This document shows positions 25,464-39,711 of a DNA stretch of 64,000 nt, one piece after another. The number at the start of each line of letters is the position of its first letter. Within the stretch, counting starts at the first letter, position 1. A program made the translations under genes and the position numbers. Source of the stretch: Tubiluchus corallicola (taxonomy: Eukaryota > Animalia > Priapulida); NCBI GenBank assembly GCA_030141605.1, contig JAQGDQ010000905.1, forward strand, positions 1 through 64,000, read 5' to 3'. The notes beneath the pieces are model-generated. The model searched no databases, was not told where the DNA came from, and was given only the letters and a program-made list of their open reading frames with translations.

Positions 25464-25652
25464 CTGCAAAATAAAACCATCATCATTGCCGTCATCAACA
25501 ATAACAACTACAAAACCACAAATATGCATTATGTTAATTATAAGCATTGAACATTTAAAAATAAAAGTTGTCCTCATTAGGGTAAGACAGACCTTACTCC
25601 AGCAATTAATTCTATATCAAGTTTTGCAAGTAAACTTGCCCGAATTAAAGTC

Positions 25653-25725
25653 AGGAACGGCCTGGATTTGAACCAGGTACCTTTCACTTGAAAGATGAAT
25701 ATCATAACCACTAGACTACATTCCT
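25653..25725 (-). tRNA. tRNA-like sequence (anticodon TTC, Glu); pseudo-tRNA or SINE head
   Basis: Anticodon arm ttcat-ctttcaa-gtgaa; T arm cctgg-ttcaaat-ccagg; acceptor aggaatg/cgttcct off by 1 nt. Confidence 0.4.
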
Positions 25726-26218
25726 CAGTAATTTAATTCAGTCCATATGGCTGGGAAACCAATTCAGTATTGAACATTTTCGAGATTAATTTACCTATGC
25801 TAGGAAAATTGCTAATTAAATATATTATTTTGAATTCAGTTTTGAAATTAATTTAGAGCCTGCAAGAAATAATCCACGGGCAATTAATTAATACATAATA
25901 AATTTAATTTCGAGATTATTACATATGTCCAAAGACATAAGAATCTGTCCAAAGACATAAGAGAATAAATCCAAAGAATCTGACAGATTTGGATACCGAC
26001 CCAAACATGCATAAAAGAATGTTCAGGAGATGCTAGATCTATACTGCTTTGTGCTTTATCAGCACCACTTCCGCTATATAGAAACTTCAGCTAATGAACA
26101 CATAGTTTACAAACATATGTACATCAACAACATGAAAATACGTCAACTACTTCTGAGTTCTATTATAGGTGTGAATGAAATTATGATCATATTTATCGTA
26201 TAACGTCAATTAAAACAT

Positions 26219-26420
26219 CATTACAGATGGCAGCACCATGCAATTTTAAGCCGAAAAATCTGTTTCGTCATGTGCCCTTCCGGCGGTTCCTTTAAGTCGA
26301 AACCACGTACCTCGCTTTTTGTACGAACTTCTTGCGCAAAAACTTAAAGGAACTGCCGGAAGGGCACATGACGAAACAGATTTTGTGGCTAAAAATTGCA
26401 TGGTGCTGCCATCTGTAATG
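26219..26420. repeat. Long palindrome (~80-bp arms), MITE-like
   Basis: 26219-26298 is the reverse complement of 26342-26420 with few mismatches. Confidence 0.9.
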
Positions 26421-26704
26421 GAGAATTCAGATTAAATGTCACGAGGCGAGGGTGTATATCATGTGAATAGAACACTTGTGCGCTTTCTATTAATTATTAT
26501 AAGCATTTTATGACACGTAATTATTATTATAAAACTGCGTGTTGCTTTCCGAATTGTAATTATTTTAACTAATTTGCAACTAATTATAAATTTAACATTT
26601 AACCTAAGGAAGTATCGAATAATTAGCCTATATTTGTTTGTTTAGATTGCAGGCACTAAATTAAAACTATTACCTATATTATTCAATATAAAACAATAAA
26701 AAAT

Positions 26705-27390
26705 TTAAATAGCAATGACAACAGCAACAATAAGAACAGTAGCAACAGCAACAGCAACAGCGTCAATGACAGCAGAAGCATCAATAGCAATGATGGCTAC
26801 AGCAACAAAACTAACAGATGCAGAATAACAAAAGCAAACCAGCAACAATAAGAACAGTAGCAACAGCAACAGCGTCAATGACAGCAGAAGCATCAATAGC
26901 AACGATGGCTACAGCAACAAAACTAACAGATGCAGAATAACAAAAGCAAGCCAACAACAACGATGACAACATCAATAGTAACAGCATCGATGACAGTAGC
27001 AGCGCTAATAACAAACAATGACAATAGCGACAAAACTAACAGCTGCAGAACAACAACAACAGAAAACCAGCAACAATTACAGTAAGAACAATGACAACAA
27101 CAACAATAGCAACACGTCAATGACAGCAGCAACGCCAATAAATACAATGAAAATAGCAACAAAACTAACAGATGCACAACAACAACAACAGAAAGCAAGC
27201 AAGAATGATAGTGAGAATAATGATGACAACAGCAACATCAATAGCAACAGTATCGATGACAGCAGTAACGTCAATAACAGCGACAACAATAGCAACAAAA
27301 CTAACAGCTGCAGAACAACAACAGCAAGCCAGCAACAATGACGGCTGGAAGAACGACAACAGCAACAACAAAAACAAGTCAGCAACAATA
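26705..27390. repeat. Degenerate (CAA/CAG)n low-complexity tract
   Basis: Direct reading; internal ~110-bp duplications. Confidence 0.85.
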
Positions 27391-27587
27391 GATCAACACT
27401 GCTTGTTTTCAGTGTGCCCATGTTACTTACAAACCCATATAGTTACCTACCGGCAAATAACTGAAGACATCATCATTATCATCTTTTTCATCACACGAAG
27501 TGGGACCCACTTTGTCATCACTCCTAGCTTTCATCAATTTATTCACGTATTGTTGTAAACCGCCTGTTGCACACACCGTACCAACTT

Positions 27588-27901
27588 GAGTCAGACCGAG
27601 GGTGTATCTAGACCTGTACTTTTCTGTACTTTTAGCATATTTTTATGGATTATTGCTACACATTCTGTGCAAACGGTATGTAGGAAGCTCCTTCAGTGAT
27701 GCGAGATGTATGTGACCGAGGAAACCGAGCTGTTCGAAGGCCGAGTTTGCGAAAAATTGAGGTCAAAAATCGATCAATTTCGTTTTGATCATAGGGTCCC
27801 TTATATGTGAGGTAATTTACCTGGGTTTCTATTACACGGGACCTGAAGATATCGTCCCTTATAACCGAAGGTCCCTTATATCCGAGCACCGAGGTTGACT
27901 G
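27588..27901. mobile_element. Second copy of the 21870-22258 element
   Basis: Highly similar core ggattattgctacacattc...gaggtaatttacctgggtttctattac. Confidence 0.8.
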
Positions 27902-29438
27902 TCGTTTTTTTGCTTGAATTCTGATTTAAACTTGCAATATGTGCGCAGTTTGGTGGTCCCTTATAAGCGAGTACCTTACACTCGAGGTTGACTGTCGTTT
28001 TTTTTGCTTGAATTCTGATTTAAACTTGCAATATGTGCGCAGTTTGGTGGTCCCTTATAAGCGAGTACCTTACACTCGAGGTTGACTGTCGTTTTTTTGC
28101 TTGAATTCTGATTTAAGCTTGCAATATGTGCACAGTTTGGTGGTCCCTTATAAGCGAGTACCTTACACCCGAGGTTGACTGTCGTTTTTTTGCTTGAATT
28201 CTGATTTAAACTTGCAATATGTGCGCAGTTTGGTGGTCCCTTATAAGCGAGTACCTTACACTCGAGGTTGACTGTCGTTTTTTTGCTTGAATTCTGATTT
28301 AAGCTTGCAATATGTGCGCAGTTTGGTGGTCCCTTATAAGCGAGTACCTTACACCCGAGGTTGACTGTCGTTTTTTTGCTTGAATTCTGATTTAAACTTG
28401 CAATATGTGCGCAGTTTGGTGGTCCCTTATAAGCGAGTACCTTACACCCGAGGTTGACTGTCGTTTTTTTGCTTGAATTCTGATTTAAACTTGCAATATG
28501 TGCGCAGTTTGGTGGTCCCTTATAAGCGAGTACCTTACACCCGAGGTTGACTGTCGTTTTTTTGCTTGAATTCTGATTTAAACTTGCAATATGTGCGCAG
28601 TTTGGTGGTCCCTTATAAGCTAGTACCTTACACCCGAGGTTGACTGTCGTTTTTTTGCTTGAATTCTGATTTAAACTTGCAATATGTGCGCAGTTTGGTG
28701 GTCCCTTATAAGCGAGTACCTTACACTCGAGGTTGACTGTCGTTTTTTTGCTTGAATTCTGATTTAAGCTTGCAATATGTGCGCCGTTTGGTGGTCCCTT
28801 ATAAGCGAGTACCTTACACCCGAGGTTGACTGTCGTTTTTTGCTTGAATTCTGATTTAAACTTGCAATATGTGCGCCGTTTGGTGGTCCCTTATAAGCGA
28901 GTACCTTACACCCGAGGTTGACTGTCGTTTTTTTGCTTGAATTCTGATTTAAACTTGCAATATGTGCGCAGTTTGGTGGTCCCTTATAAGCGAGTACCTT
29001 ACACCCGAGATTGACTGTCGTTTTTTTGCTTGAATTCTGATTTAAGCTTGCAATATGTGCGCAGTTTGGTGGTCCCTTATAAGCGAGTACCTTACACTCG
29101 AGGTTGACTGTCGTTTTTTTGCTTGAATTCTGATTTAAGCTTGCAATATGTGCGCCGTTTGGTGGTCCCTTATAAGCGAGTACCTTACACCCGAGATTGA
29201 CTGTCGTTTTTTTGCTTGAATTCTGATTTAAACTTGCAATATGTGCGCCGTTTGGTGGTCCCTTATAAGCGAGTACCTTACACCCGAGGTTGACTGTCGT
29301 TTTTTTGCTTGAATTCTGATTTAAACTTGCAATATGTGCGCAGTTTGGTGGTCCCTTATAAGCGAGTACCTTACACCCGAGGTTGACATTCGTTTTTTTG
29401 CTTGAATTCTGATTTAAGCTTGCAATATGTGCGCAGTT
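27901..29438. repeat. 93-bp minisatellite, ~16.5 copies, each holding a transposon TIR end plus flank
   Basis: Period 93; ggtggtcccttataagc...cgaggttgactgt matches 22213-22257. Confidence 0.93.
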
Positions 29439-29544
29439 TACCGTTTTCGTTATTATTACTGCCCGTTTGTTTTATTCCTGATTATACATATATATATATA
29501 TATAATAATCTAAGTTTTTCTCAGGTTAGTTGTTGAAGCTTTCA

Positions 29545-29720
29545 ATATTTGTCTACCTGCCTTACGTTTGTATGAGTCCCAGCTATCAATCTCAACGCAT
29601 AGTTCTGAAGGAGATTTAATTTTAAGTAATTTTCTCTTTTGTTTTTTTGAAGTAGCGTACATCCATATAAGAAGTGTGGTAGAATTAAAGTTTTATGTAT
29701 TAGTGTGTTAGTTTCCTTTG
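29545..29720 (-). mobile_element. LINE ORF2 C-terminal fragment
   Basis: LIHKTLILPHFLYG..LNLLQNYALRLIAG resembles the post-RT region of CR1/L2-type LINEs. Confidence 0.5.
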
Positions 29721-30061
29721 TCAGATGATCAATTTCACAATGGGATTGACACCACATGTAGTCTGCCAGTCTACACGCAGCCGTCATGCATTATACCGTT
29801 GCCATCATTTTTAGTTAATATTTCCTAAGCGTTATGCAAACAGAATGACACGTAGTTGGGCCCAAGTAACAAATGAGATTGCGCAAGCTAACAGCTAAAA
29901 TAAGCCAAAGATCGAAGCTTTGAAACCAAAGTCCACCGAGACTAATCATAAAACCAGTAACAGCTGCACGCTGCTGTATGAACAGAAAATCAATATTACC
30001 AATATTTTCATTTATAACGTTATTATAAAGTTATTTAAAACTGATTTTCTAGAAACCAGTT

Positions 30062-30626
<565 letters not shown>

Positions 30627-33359
30627 TTCAAGCAAAATTGGTGGTATATCATCGAATTTCTTTGTTTTGGCTAGAACGCGAGCTGCAGAATTTTCTACAC
30701 GTTGCAACTTATCAAGGTAGAAGGTTACCAAGGCGAACTTATCAAGGTACTACCCCTATACTTTGCCCACAAACAGGTCAGAAATAGACCTTTCAGACTG
30801 ACATCGCGTCTATAGGTTCAGTGCAACCGCAACACCCCCCAATTTTCACTCAATATTATCAATAATATTCAATATTAGAAGTCTTTTTTCGTTCTTTCTT
30901 TATACTTGTATGATCCAGAACACGTGAGGGTAGTACCGTTTACTTCACAGCCCAGCACATTGGTGTATTTGGCTGTTATACGCATGCGGACACGCGCACG
31001 CGTCTGAGGCAACACAACGTACGTTGCACTGTTAGTGTCTGCTGCTAGGTAGAGAAAGTACTGTTGCTCACACAGTTTGTTGTCAGTTGTCACGTGCTTA
31101 CCGTGAATGGATCAAGCAGGAGCTGCGACAAGTTAGTTTATTAGTAAGCAAAAAATATTTTCTGAAGCAGCAGTACCCACAGTAACTTTAACTACAAGCC
31201 GCCATTGCATACTCGTCACATGAGCCTCTGCACAAGCATCACGATAAATTAGTCAGTTAAAATGATTTGACGGGTGGGCTCTATGACGAGTCAGCAAAAT
31301 GAATCACCAGCCCAAACTTGGCTTCACATTGGCTGCATAGTGGTTTCTCCGCCTTCCCCAAGTACGCCCTCCGTGCATTGATTTTGCTCAGTCACGCCCC
31401 CGTCCCGACACGAATTGTACTTTAATCTTAACGTTGCATTCGCGTCATATCTACACGTATATTTACCTGTCTCCATATATTATGATAAGAAGGCTTGGCT
31501 AGAGAGAAAGAGTGTAGATCGAACGCGGGAGTGCTAGGCAGGTACACGTACAAACGCTTCTTTGATAGTGAGGATACTGTTGTGAATGGTTTGAATACGT
31601 CTGGCATTCAAGAACATACGGTAAGCTTCTGATTTTATTTCTTCTTTAACATCCAGTTCAAAGTTTTTCTATTTCGATTAATTCATTCCGCAAAATAAGC
31701 ACACGCTTTTCAGCAAAATGCATGTAAAATTTGGTCAGCGATACAAGCACAATTAACATTACAATTATACAATGCGAATGACACGTACATAAAGTTAGCT
31801 TGTATTGGATGTGGAAGAAATAAAGGGCATTGAATAAAATGCTGTGAAAGAAATAATAGATTTGTATTCATTGTGCTTTAGACGCACTGGCGAGGGTTTA
31901 TTTTATTATATAAATTACATATTAGTAAGGCTTATATATATATATATATATAGCATATAGGCTTATGTACGAGAGAAAGATCAAAACCCAGGGTTGGGGG
32001 AGCTCCATTATCAGCTCTCGTTTAAAGCTACACTGCTTAGCAGTATTTTGTTCTACATTTTATGAGGTAATTTAAAAATGATATATTTCTTTGAAACTGA
32101 AATTATATATATATATATTTATATATATTAATTCTTTATTTGTCATAAAAATGGTTCATTCATTATAATAAAATTGAGTAACCCTCAGCGTAATCTTAAA
32201 ATAACCACACTGTTCAAGACAAATGCGTCCAGTGCAGACTAAAAAAAACTAAAGTGCAAAACTAAGGCCTAATTATATACAATAAATGAACATATTTACA
32301 AGCACCATATTAAAATATTTTTACAATTAACAGAAACATGCTTTACATTACATAAATTGCGAATTTTGGGCCCATATTTTCTCCTTTTTTATTGTGTTCG
32401 TTTTCTTTCTATTAAATCTTGCTGTTTTGCTTCAGTACTCGACACTGCGAGTCTTAATATTGACAATTTGGTGTCATACGTACTTCTGAACACATGTTGT
32501 TGACTTCTGTCTTTCTTTTGTTTGGTTCCGTAAGTTTATTTACTGAAACGTTTCTGTGTGTATTTTCATCGGTGAAAAAGCAAACAACCAGTGAAAAACC
32601 AAACAACCAAGCAATATGTTAACAATATTTCTACAAATACAATAAAATACAATACAATACAATACAATGCAATAATTTCTATAAAATGTGCTTCATTTTG
32701 CAACTGCTGATAATTTTTTAAAGTATTTAAGACATTTAGTATGCACGCTATGCTGATCTGTACAAAGTCATCTCTAAAGTACTGTACATTGCGCAGTTTT
32801 TTGTGCTACGTAGATTTTCTAGTTTGCCATTTTATCACCATTTTTCGTCTATTTTTATTGGCTTAAACCAAAATAACTATTAACAGATCAAATAACTGTC
32901 AGTTTTAAAATTTTATTAATTTTAAAGGCAGAAAATATTCTCGTATCAACGGGATACAACGGGTATGAAAGGGTTAAATAAGTGTCCTTATCCGACTCTT
33001 TTACATGTTGAATCGCGATTTGTTAATAGCAGTTATTGTATTGCTAATTTTTTCAAGTATTGTAATAATAAAAGTAGCAGTTATTAGCAGAGTTATATCT
33101 AAAAAAGAATAAGAAAAACAACTTTCTATATTAATGAATAGCAAACAGTATTATGCGCCGTGTTAAATAATGTACTTTATGCATTAGAAAGGAAAGGTTT
33201 TTTCTGTAGAGAAGCAGTGCTGTGTATAGTAAATGATATATGTGTGCGTTAAGTTCTCATAGGTACTAATAACAGGCTTACTTTACCTTCATATACTTAC
33301 CGTGTAATCTGTCTATTTACATACTAACTAATTGAACTGCATGTCTATTGTAAGTATGT

Positions 33360-33790
33360 ATGATGATTGATGATGATTGATTATGATGATGATGATGGAT
33401 GATGATGATGATGGATGATGATGGATGATGATGATAATGATTGATTGACGATGATGATTGATTGATTGATTGACGATGATGATGATGATTGATTGATTGA
33501 TTGACGATGATGATGATGATTGATTGATGATTGATTGATTGATTGACGATGATGATGATTGATTGATTGACGATGATGATGATGATGATTGATTGACGAT
33601 GATGATTGATTGATTGACGATGATGATGATGATGATTGATTGATTGATTGACGACGATGATGATGATGAAGGTTGATTGATTGATTGATTGACGACGATG
33701 ATGATGATGATTGGTTGATTGATTGACGATGATTGATTGACTGATTGATTGATTGACGATGATTGACAATGATGATAATAATAATAATAA
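33360..33790. repeat. (GAT/GATT)n microsatellite
   Basis: Direct reading. Confidence 0.93.
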
Positions 33791-33952
33791 CAAATAATAC
33801 TGAAACCGGCCATAAGTCCGCATAGTTAAAATCACGTTATGATCCTTCAAGGTAGAATGACTCAAAAATTTGGTTAAACTAAATTATGACAATTCCCCTC
33901 ACGTGAGAAATTTAGTTCGTGAAGCGAATAAGATTAGGGTTAGGGTTGGGGT

Positions 33953-34213
33953 GTGCTAAATTAAATTTGCCTAAATGTGTTAAATTTGTCTAAATGTGCT
34001 AAATTTGCTTAAATGTGTTAAATTTGCTAAATGTGTAAAATTTGTCTAAATGTGCTAAATTTGCTTAAATGTGCTAAATTTGCCTAAATGTGTAAAATTT
34101 AATTCGTGAAGCGAATAAGATCAGGGCTAGTGTTGGGGGTGTGCTAAATTAAATTTGGCTAAATGTGCTAAGTTTGTCTAAAGGTATTCAATTTGTCTAA
34201 TGAGCTAAATTTG
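33953..34213. repeat. ~19-bp degenerate tandem repeat aaatttgcctaaatgtgct
   Basis: Direct reading. Confidence 0.75.
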
Positions 34214-34215
34214 TC

Positions 34216-34790
34216 CGTCAGGTCAAGTATGCTTTCATTACAGTGCGTCAGGTCAAGTATGCTTTCATTACAGTGCGTCAGGTCAAGTATGCTTTCATTA
34301 CAGTGCCTCAGGTCAAGTATACTTTCATTACAGTGCCTCAGGTCAAGTATGCTTTCATTACAGTGCCTCAGGTCAAGTATACTTTCATTACAGTGCGTCA
34401 GCTCAAGTATAGTTTCATTACAGTGCGTCAGGTCAAGTATGCTTTCATTACAGTGTGTCAGGTCAAGTATGCTTTCATTACAGTGCCTCAGGTCAAGTAT
34501 ACTTTCATTACAGTGTGTCAGGTCAAGTATACTTTCATTATAGTGCGTCAAGTCAAGTATGCTTTCATTACAGTGCGTCAGGTCAAGTATGCTTTCATTA
34601 CAGTGCCTCAGGTCAAGTATACTTTCATTACAGTGCCCTAGGTCAAGTATGCTTTCATTACAGTGTGTCAGGTCAAGTATGCTTTCATTACAGTGTGTCA
34701 GGTCAAGTATTCTTTCATTACAGTGCCTCAGGTGAAGGATGCTTTCATTACAGTGCCTCAGGTCAAGTATACTTTCATTACAGTGCCTCA
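34216..34790. repeat. 30-bp minisatellite, ~19 copies
   Basis: Unit ggtcaagtatgctttcattacagtgcgtca. Confidence 0.95.
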
Positions 34791-36264
34791 CACGTTGCAT
34801 AATTATTTTGGGACACAGCAAGCCAAGCGACACTTGAACAGCACCATAATCCGTTGCCCTAATCAGTCAAGCACCCGTACTAGCCTAAAAATTTGAAACA
34901 TTCATTCACTCAACCTAAAAGACATTATCAAATCATACAGACGTTATTTACATAGTAACGATATTAGACTGGCTTAAAGGTCGTCGAAAATACAGCACAG
35001 AAGAAATGACAGCGATCTTTGAAATCTAACCCTTCTATTTACACTGTAGTTTTGTAGGTAACTAAAGATTAAACACTTTTAATGTAGTGTCACGTAATTG
35101 AAAATCATTTATATTATATTATATTTATATTATATACATATTACATATGTCCACTTCACGTCTATTTCAAAACGTTTTTAATGCATGGTGTCAAAAATCA
35201 TGTAAAATCAACATGCATAAGTTGTGCAGTAGCAATGGCTGGACAAAAGAACCGAAACCATAATTATTGAAAAAAGATGCGAAATTGTTCAGCAAAGCAA
35301 AGCGTTCAAAGATTTGCCTTATTAACTGAGGTTTTTACCGGTGTATTATAAGTTTGTCAGCAGTTTTTAAATCAGTTCTTAGTTATGGTCACCCCTTTAG
35401 TTCACATCGAGTCTTTTGGCGCGATCCCTTCAGTGAAACCAAACTCGGTGAATCCAAATGCCGTTTGTGAATTTAGGATGTTCAATGCGATGCTTTTGTC
35501 GCTTAATTTGCCTCTAATTTAAAGTAAAAGGTCCACGCTACGTGGCAAAAGGTCCACGCTACATGGCAAAAGGTCCACGCTACATGGCATTTTTATTTTT
35601 TCCAGTTGGTTCTCAGTCCTAGTAGATATATGTCAAATTTAGTTTGTTCACCAACCAACGACAATAATCATCTGCTGGAGCCGAGATGCGTAGCGGTCAT
35701 GGCATTTGTTTTGTAATTCAATAGTCTGCGGTTCAAATTCAGACTCAGTTCTAGCTTTTTCACATTTCTTTTTTTGTTATTCGGCATTTTTTTCATTAGT
35801 AATACGATTAGCAGGCCTACTCTTGAGATCTGGATTATGAGTAAGTTAGTATACTCCTGATGACTATTTTTAGAACCTGTTGTAATGGCCATCTTTTGCT
35901 TACACGTTGTATAGTCACATCTGAAGTAATATTTATGGAGGCAGCTTGAATTGGTTGAATGCCCGTCCATTTGGTTGAACGTCTGCCTGATAGGTTGCCT
36001 GCCTCCTACTTCATTCCTCGTTTGCTGAAACTGCTGGATCGTGTTTCGAACACGCAAACACAGCTCATCTGTTGCAATTAAAAACAAAAATCATAATTAG
36101 CAAAACATCTAGTTTTGGCACCAGTTCGACTGAAGTTTTTCGACAAAAGATTGTAGTTGCTCTTTCGCATTCTCAGTAGCTCATGTTACCCTAACATCGT
36201 AGAAATTACGAATTCATGTTAAGTAGTGACGCACATTTCATTTGTGATTCTTAATTTAAACTAC

Positions 36265-37150
36265 TGCAATAATAATTTAGTATGTGCTGCCACCTACATT
36301 TAAAATTATTTAAAATTGAACCGAGTCAAGTTTAATCCATGTTATGGGCTTGGTCTGCGCTGCTCAGTCATCTATGCCTGCTTGGTTTCCCATATATGGT
36401 AGTGTTGATTGCTAGTGTGTTTTACTAGCCAATCAGGTAAGCTCAGTGGGTGCATGCGACTTGGGTAGCTCTGCCAAGACCAGCTGGGCTTTCATCCCTT
36501 CTTGACCATTGCTGTTGAATGGTCACTATGTGTCTTCTATCCTGTAAATAATAGTGTAATATGTAAATAGAAACAAAGTCTTTCACAGTTCAACACAATT
36601 TCATATTCTTTGTTTCAACCACCAGGGTGAGCCAGTCTACAACAGTCTACAGTTCAATATAATTTAATATTCTTTGTTTCAACCACCAGGGTGAGCTAGT
36701 CTACAACAGTCTACAGTTCAACATAATTTAATATTCTTTGTTTCAACCACCAGGGTGAGCCAGTCTACAACAGTCTACAGTTCAACATAATTTAATATTC
36801 TTTGTTTCAACCACCAGGGTGAGCCAGTCTACACTTACTTCAGTCTCTCACAGTTCAACACAATTTCATATTCTTTGTTTCAACCACCAGGGTGAGCCAG
36901 TCTACAACAGTCTACAGTTCAACATAATTTAATATTCTTTGTTTCAACCACCAGGGTGAGCCAGTCTACAGCAGTCTACAGTTCAATATAATTTAATATT
37001 CTTTGTTTCAACCACCAGGGTGAGCCAGTCTACAACAGTCTACAGTTCAACATAATTTAATATTCTTTGTTTCAACCACCAGGGTGAGCCAGTCTACACT
37101 AACTTCAGTCTAATATACTTGAAGCTATCTCATAGAAGGATTAAATTTGT
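36265..37150 (+). mobile_element. LTR-like interspersed repeat with internal 64-bp array (36586-37100, ~8 copies)
   Basis: Homologous to 9976-10395; array period 64. Confidence 0.65.
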
Positions 37151-37741
37151 AAAGTTTCTACAAGTAGTCATAAGTCTGTTACAATTTTTATTTTACATAA
37201 TTAGGCATTCTCGCAAGCTTCTGTGAAGAGCTCAAAAGTATGGCGGGACTGAAACCTATTCATCGTCAAAGCTATTCTTTTCTGCTGGGGTACAAAACCA
37301 GCACAAAATATCTGCAAGTACTCAACTTTCAATAATAACCAATGGCCAAAGTTGGAGTGAGCTTTTGGTAAGAGTGGCTGAATTAAAGTTGCTTCCTCGT
37401 TCAATTTATGAATGGAGGGAAAGCGATCATTAATGATTTTCTAATATGCAATTTAAAAACAAAATGGAAACGTCGTTTTGTTCAAATATTGAGTTATACC
37501 TCTGCTGCAGACAAGATGGATACTTGAAGAACTACTCGCCGGGTTTTGTCATTGTATCGTACATAATCATATACCTGTGATAGTAATGCCAAAAAATCAA
37601 CTTTTATATTTTCAGGAACAATCAAATCAGCGACTGTTTCGCATGCGAGATTTTTCTCAGTTGCGTGAATGTTAGTTTTAATGCCTAAAGTTAGCTGGTA
37701 TTATGCTAATATTCACGAGACGAGAGTAAAAAATGAAACAC

Positions 37742-38041
37742 TATTCTACGCAATTACCTACGGTAGATGGCAGTACCGTACAACGTCGAACGTTTCGTAC
37801 ACAAAGTCATCACGTGGCTCGAAGTTCTGGGTTCTCAAATCTAATAGCATTCTGACTCATAATTTATAAGGTAAGAAATTCGTGCAATATTCTACGCTAT
37901 TACCTACGGTAGATGGCAGCACCGTACATCCTCGAACGTTTCGTACACAAAGTTATCACGTGGCTCGAAGTTCTGAACTTCTGGGTTCTCAAATCTAATA
38001 GCATTATGACTCATAATTTACAAGGTAAGAAACTCGTGCAA
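37742..38041. repeat. ~145-bp direct duplication
   Basis: 37742-37887 repeated at 37888-38041. Confidence 0.85.
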
Positions 38042-38131
38042 GTAAGCTGCAAACGGCAGGTGAAAATAACGCAGTTTTATTATTTAAAAGCAGTGGAGAA
38101 AGAACAGGCCACTGAACATTCAAGCTTTCCA

Positions 38132-38329
38132 AGGGTTGCTAGACGCCCTTATACACGGGACATGTCCCACATTTGATAATTTTGTCCCGTACCCCGTACT
38201 AACCATTCGTCGACATCCAAATGTCCCGTATTTAGTTTATTTTCAAATTTCGTAACAAATATCTATTTTTGCTATCTTCTTACGGTTGTTTATTTCCTGT
38301 ATTTCTAATTTTCTAATCTGGCAACCCTA
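38132..38329. mobile_element. hAT-type MITE
   Basis: agggttgctaga/tctggcaacccta ends; near-TSD gctttcca/gttttcca. Confidence 0.6.
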
Positions 38330-38778
38330 GTTTTCCATCTTATAGCTGTTCACAACTCTGGCGTCAACACTAGGATAGCTATTCGATTATTTTATTCTCT
38401 CTTCTTGAGCTATTTATCACGTACCATAAAATGCTTAATGGAAGAAATTTTAACCAAAATAACACACAATAACGAAAATCAAATAAGGCGCCTATTAATA
38501 AATGAAAACACTCGTTTTCTTAATTAAACTTTCACATTTTTAGAACTCGGGTAAGTCTCAGTTAAGTAAAAAATTGACTTTAAGTCTTTCTGCAATGATA
38601 TTCCAGTTTTTATCAGTTCCTCAAAAAGTGTTTCAGTTACATTCCATTGTAACCTGTAAATAAATAAGCAGTTGATGAACAACAATAACCCCAATACCTT
38701 CAAGTGTATCTTTCAATGGATTCAATGGACTATTGTATCAGTTGAAAGACACACCTGAAGAACAGAAGGTATTATTAA

Positions 38779-39129
38779 AGGAAAGGCAAGCACAAAAGTG
38801 GAGCAACTTAGCATGTTGGGTTTATTTTACTGTTATCACCTATACTTAGAAAATTGTAAAAAAAATCGCTATAAGCACAGAGTTAATTTATATTTTTTTC
38901 ATATCTGGTGCGTATATGGTAGTTGCTATTCACTTCAAATTGTGATGTAAGATCACCTGTAAGCATGTGCTGCTTAAACTGCAGCACAAAAATATCACAA
39001 CATTACCCCATATAAAGTGATTTTATGAATTACACGAGGCAATTATTGCAGTTTTATTACTAAAACCCTTCTAACATTCTTTGCAAACTTTGAAATAAGC
39101 CCAACTTGCCAGAAGGCTTGACCTTTCCT
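38779..39129 (+). mobile_element. Kolobok-like MITE
   Basis: TTAA|aggaaagg ... cctttcct|ATAA; inverted homolog at 40139-40433. Confidence 0.6.
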
Positions 39130-39711
39130 ATAAATTATATAATTTCTGCTCATATGTTTAGGGTGTAGGGAATTTGACCAGCACAACCTTTTTAACCTGT
39201 AATTTGGTTTCTGCTGTTGCTAATAAACTTGCCGTGCAGAACAGCAATTCCTGTGACACTAATAAGTCCGTTCACTACAATGTTTAATAAACACTTCAAC
39301 TATAGGGTAGATTTAATGTAATTTCCCTCAAAGCACTGATAAGATAAGAAATGAACAGCTTTCCTGGGGAACAATATAGAACGATACAAGAACTAATGAG
39401 AGTCCAAAGGTGGGGTACCTTTTTGTTGTTAGAAGGCCAAAATTAACTGTAATCTAGCAAGCCTTATTCAAGGAATTTCTAGCAGCTTTCAAAACATTCA
39501 AGACATTTCCAGACAGCTTTCAAATCAAGAAATTTCCAGACAGCTTTCAAATCATTCTAGAAATTTCCAGACAGCTTTCAAATCAAGAAATTTCCAGACA
39601 GCTTTTTCAAATACAGCTATTTTTTATTACCAAGTTTAAAAATAAGTTGTCTTTAAATGTCCAAAGCTTTTAAAAATGTATTAAGATAAAGAAATGCTGA
39701 ATTGGAAGCAC

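Larger units (their letters stand above)
23576..27563 (-). pseudogene. FBXO4: FBXO4-like F-box gene, three exons (27563-27451, 25463-25252, 23791-23576), frameshifted; downstream exons not found
   Basis: Spliced FSYLP|VQVQLHILSFL..LWR..RDIHSW|IYLRCSP..PKVIMFG resembles recalled FBXO4. After MFG the frame hits TAA (23653-23655), while the shifted frame continues DTKGIVRKML..DQNG to a GTgag donor. Confidence 0.75.

Noticed and set aside
34168-34833. LRR-looking ORF (ILDLTHCNES)n
   Set aside because: 10-aa period from a 30-bp DNA repeat; too short for an LRR and open in several frames
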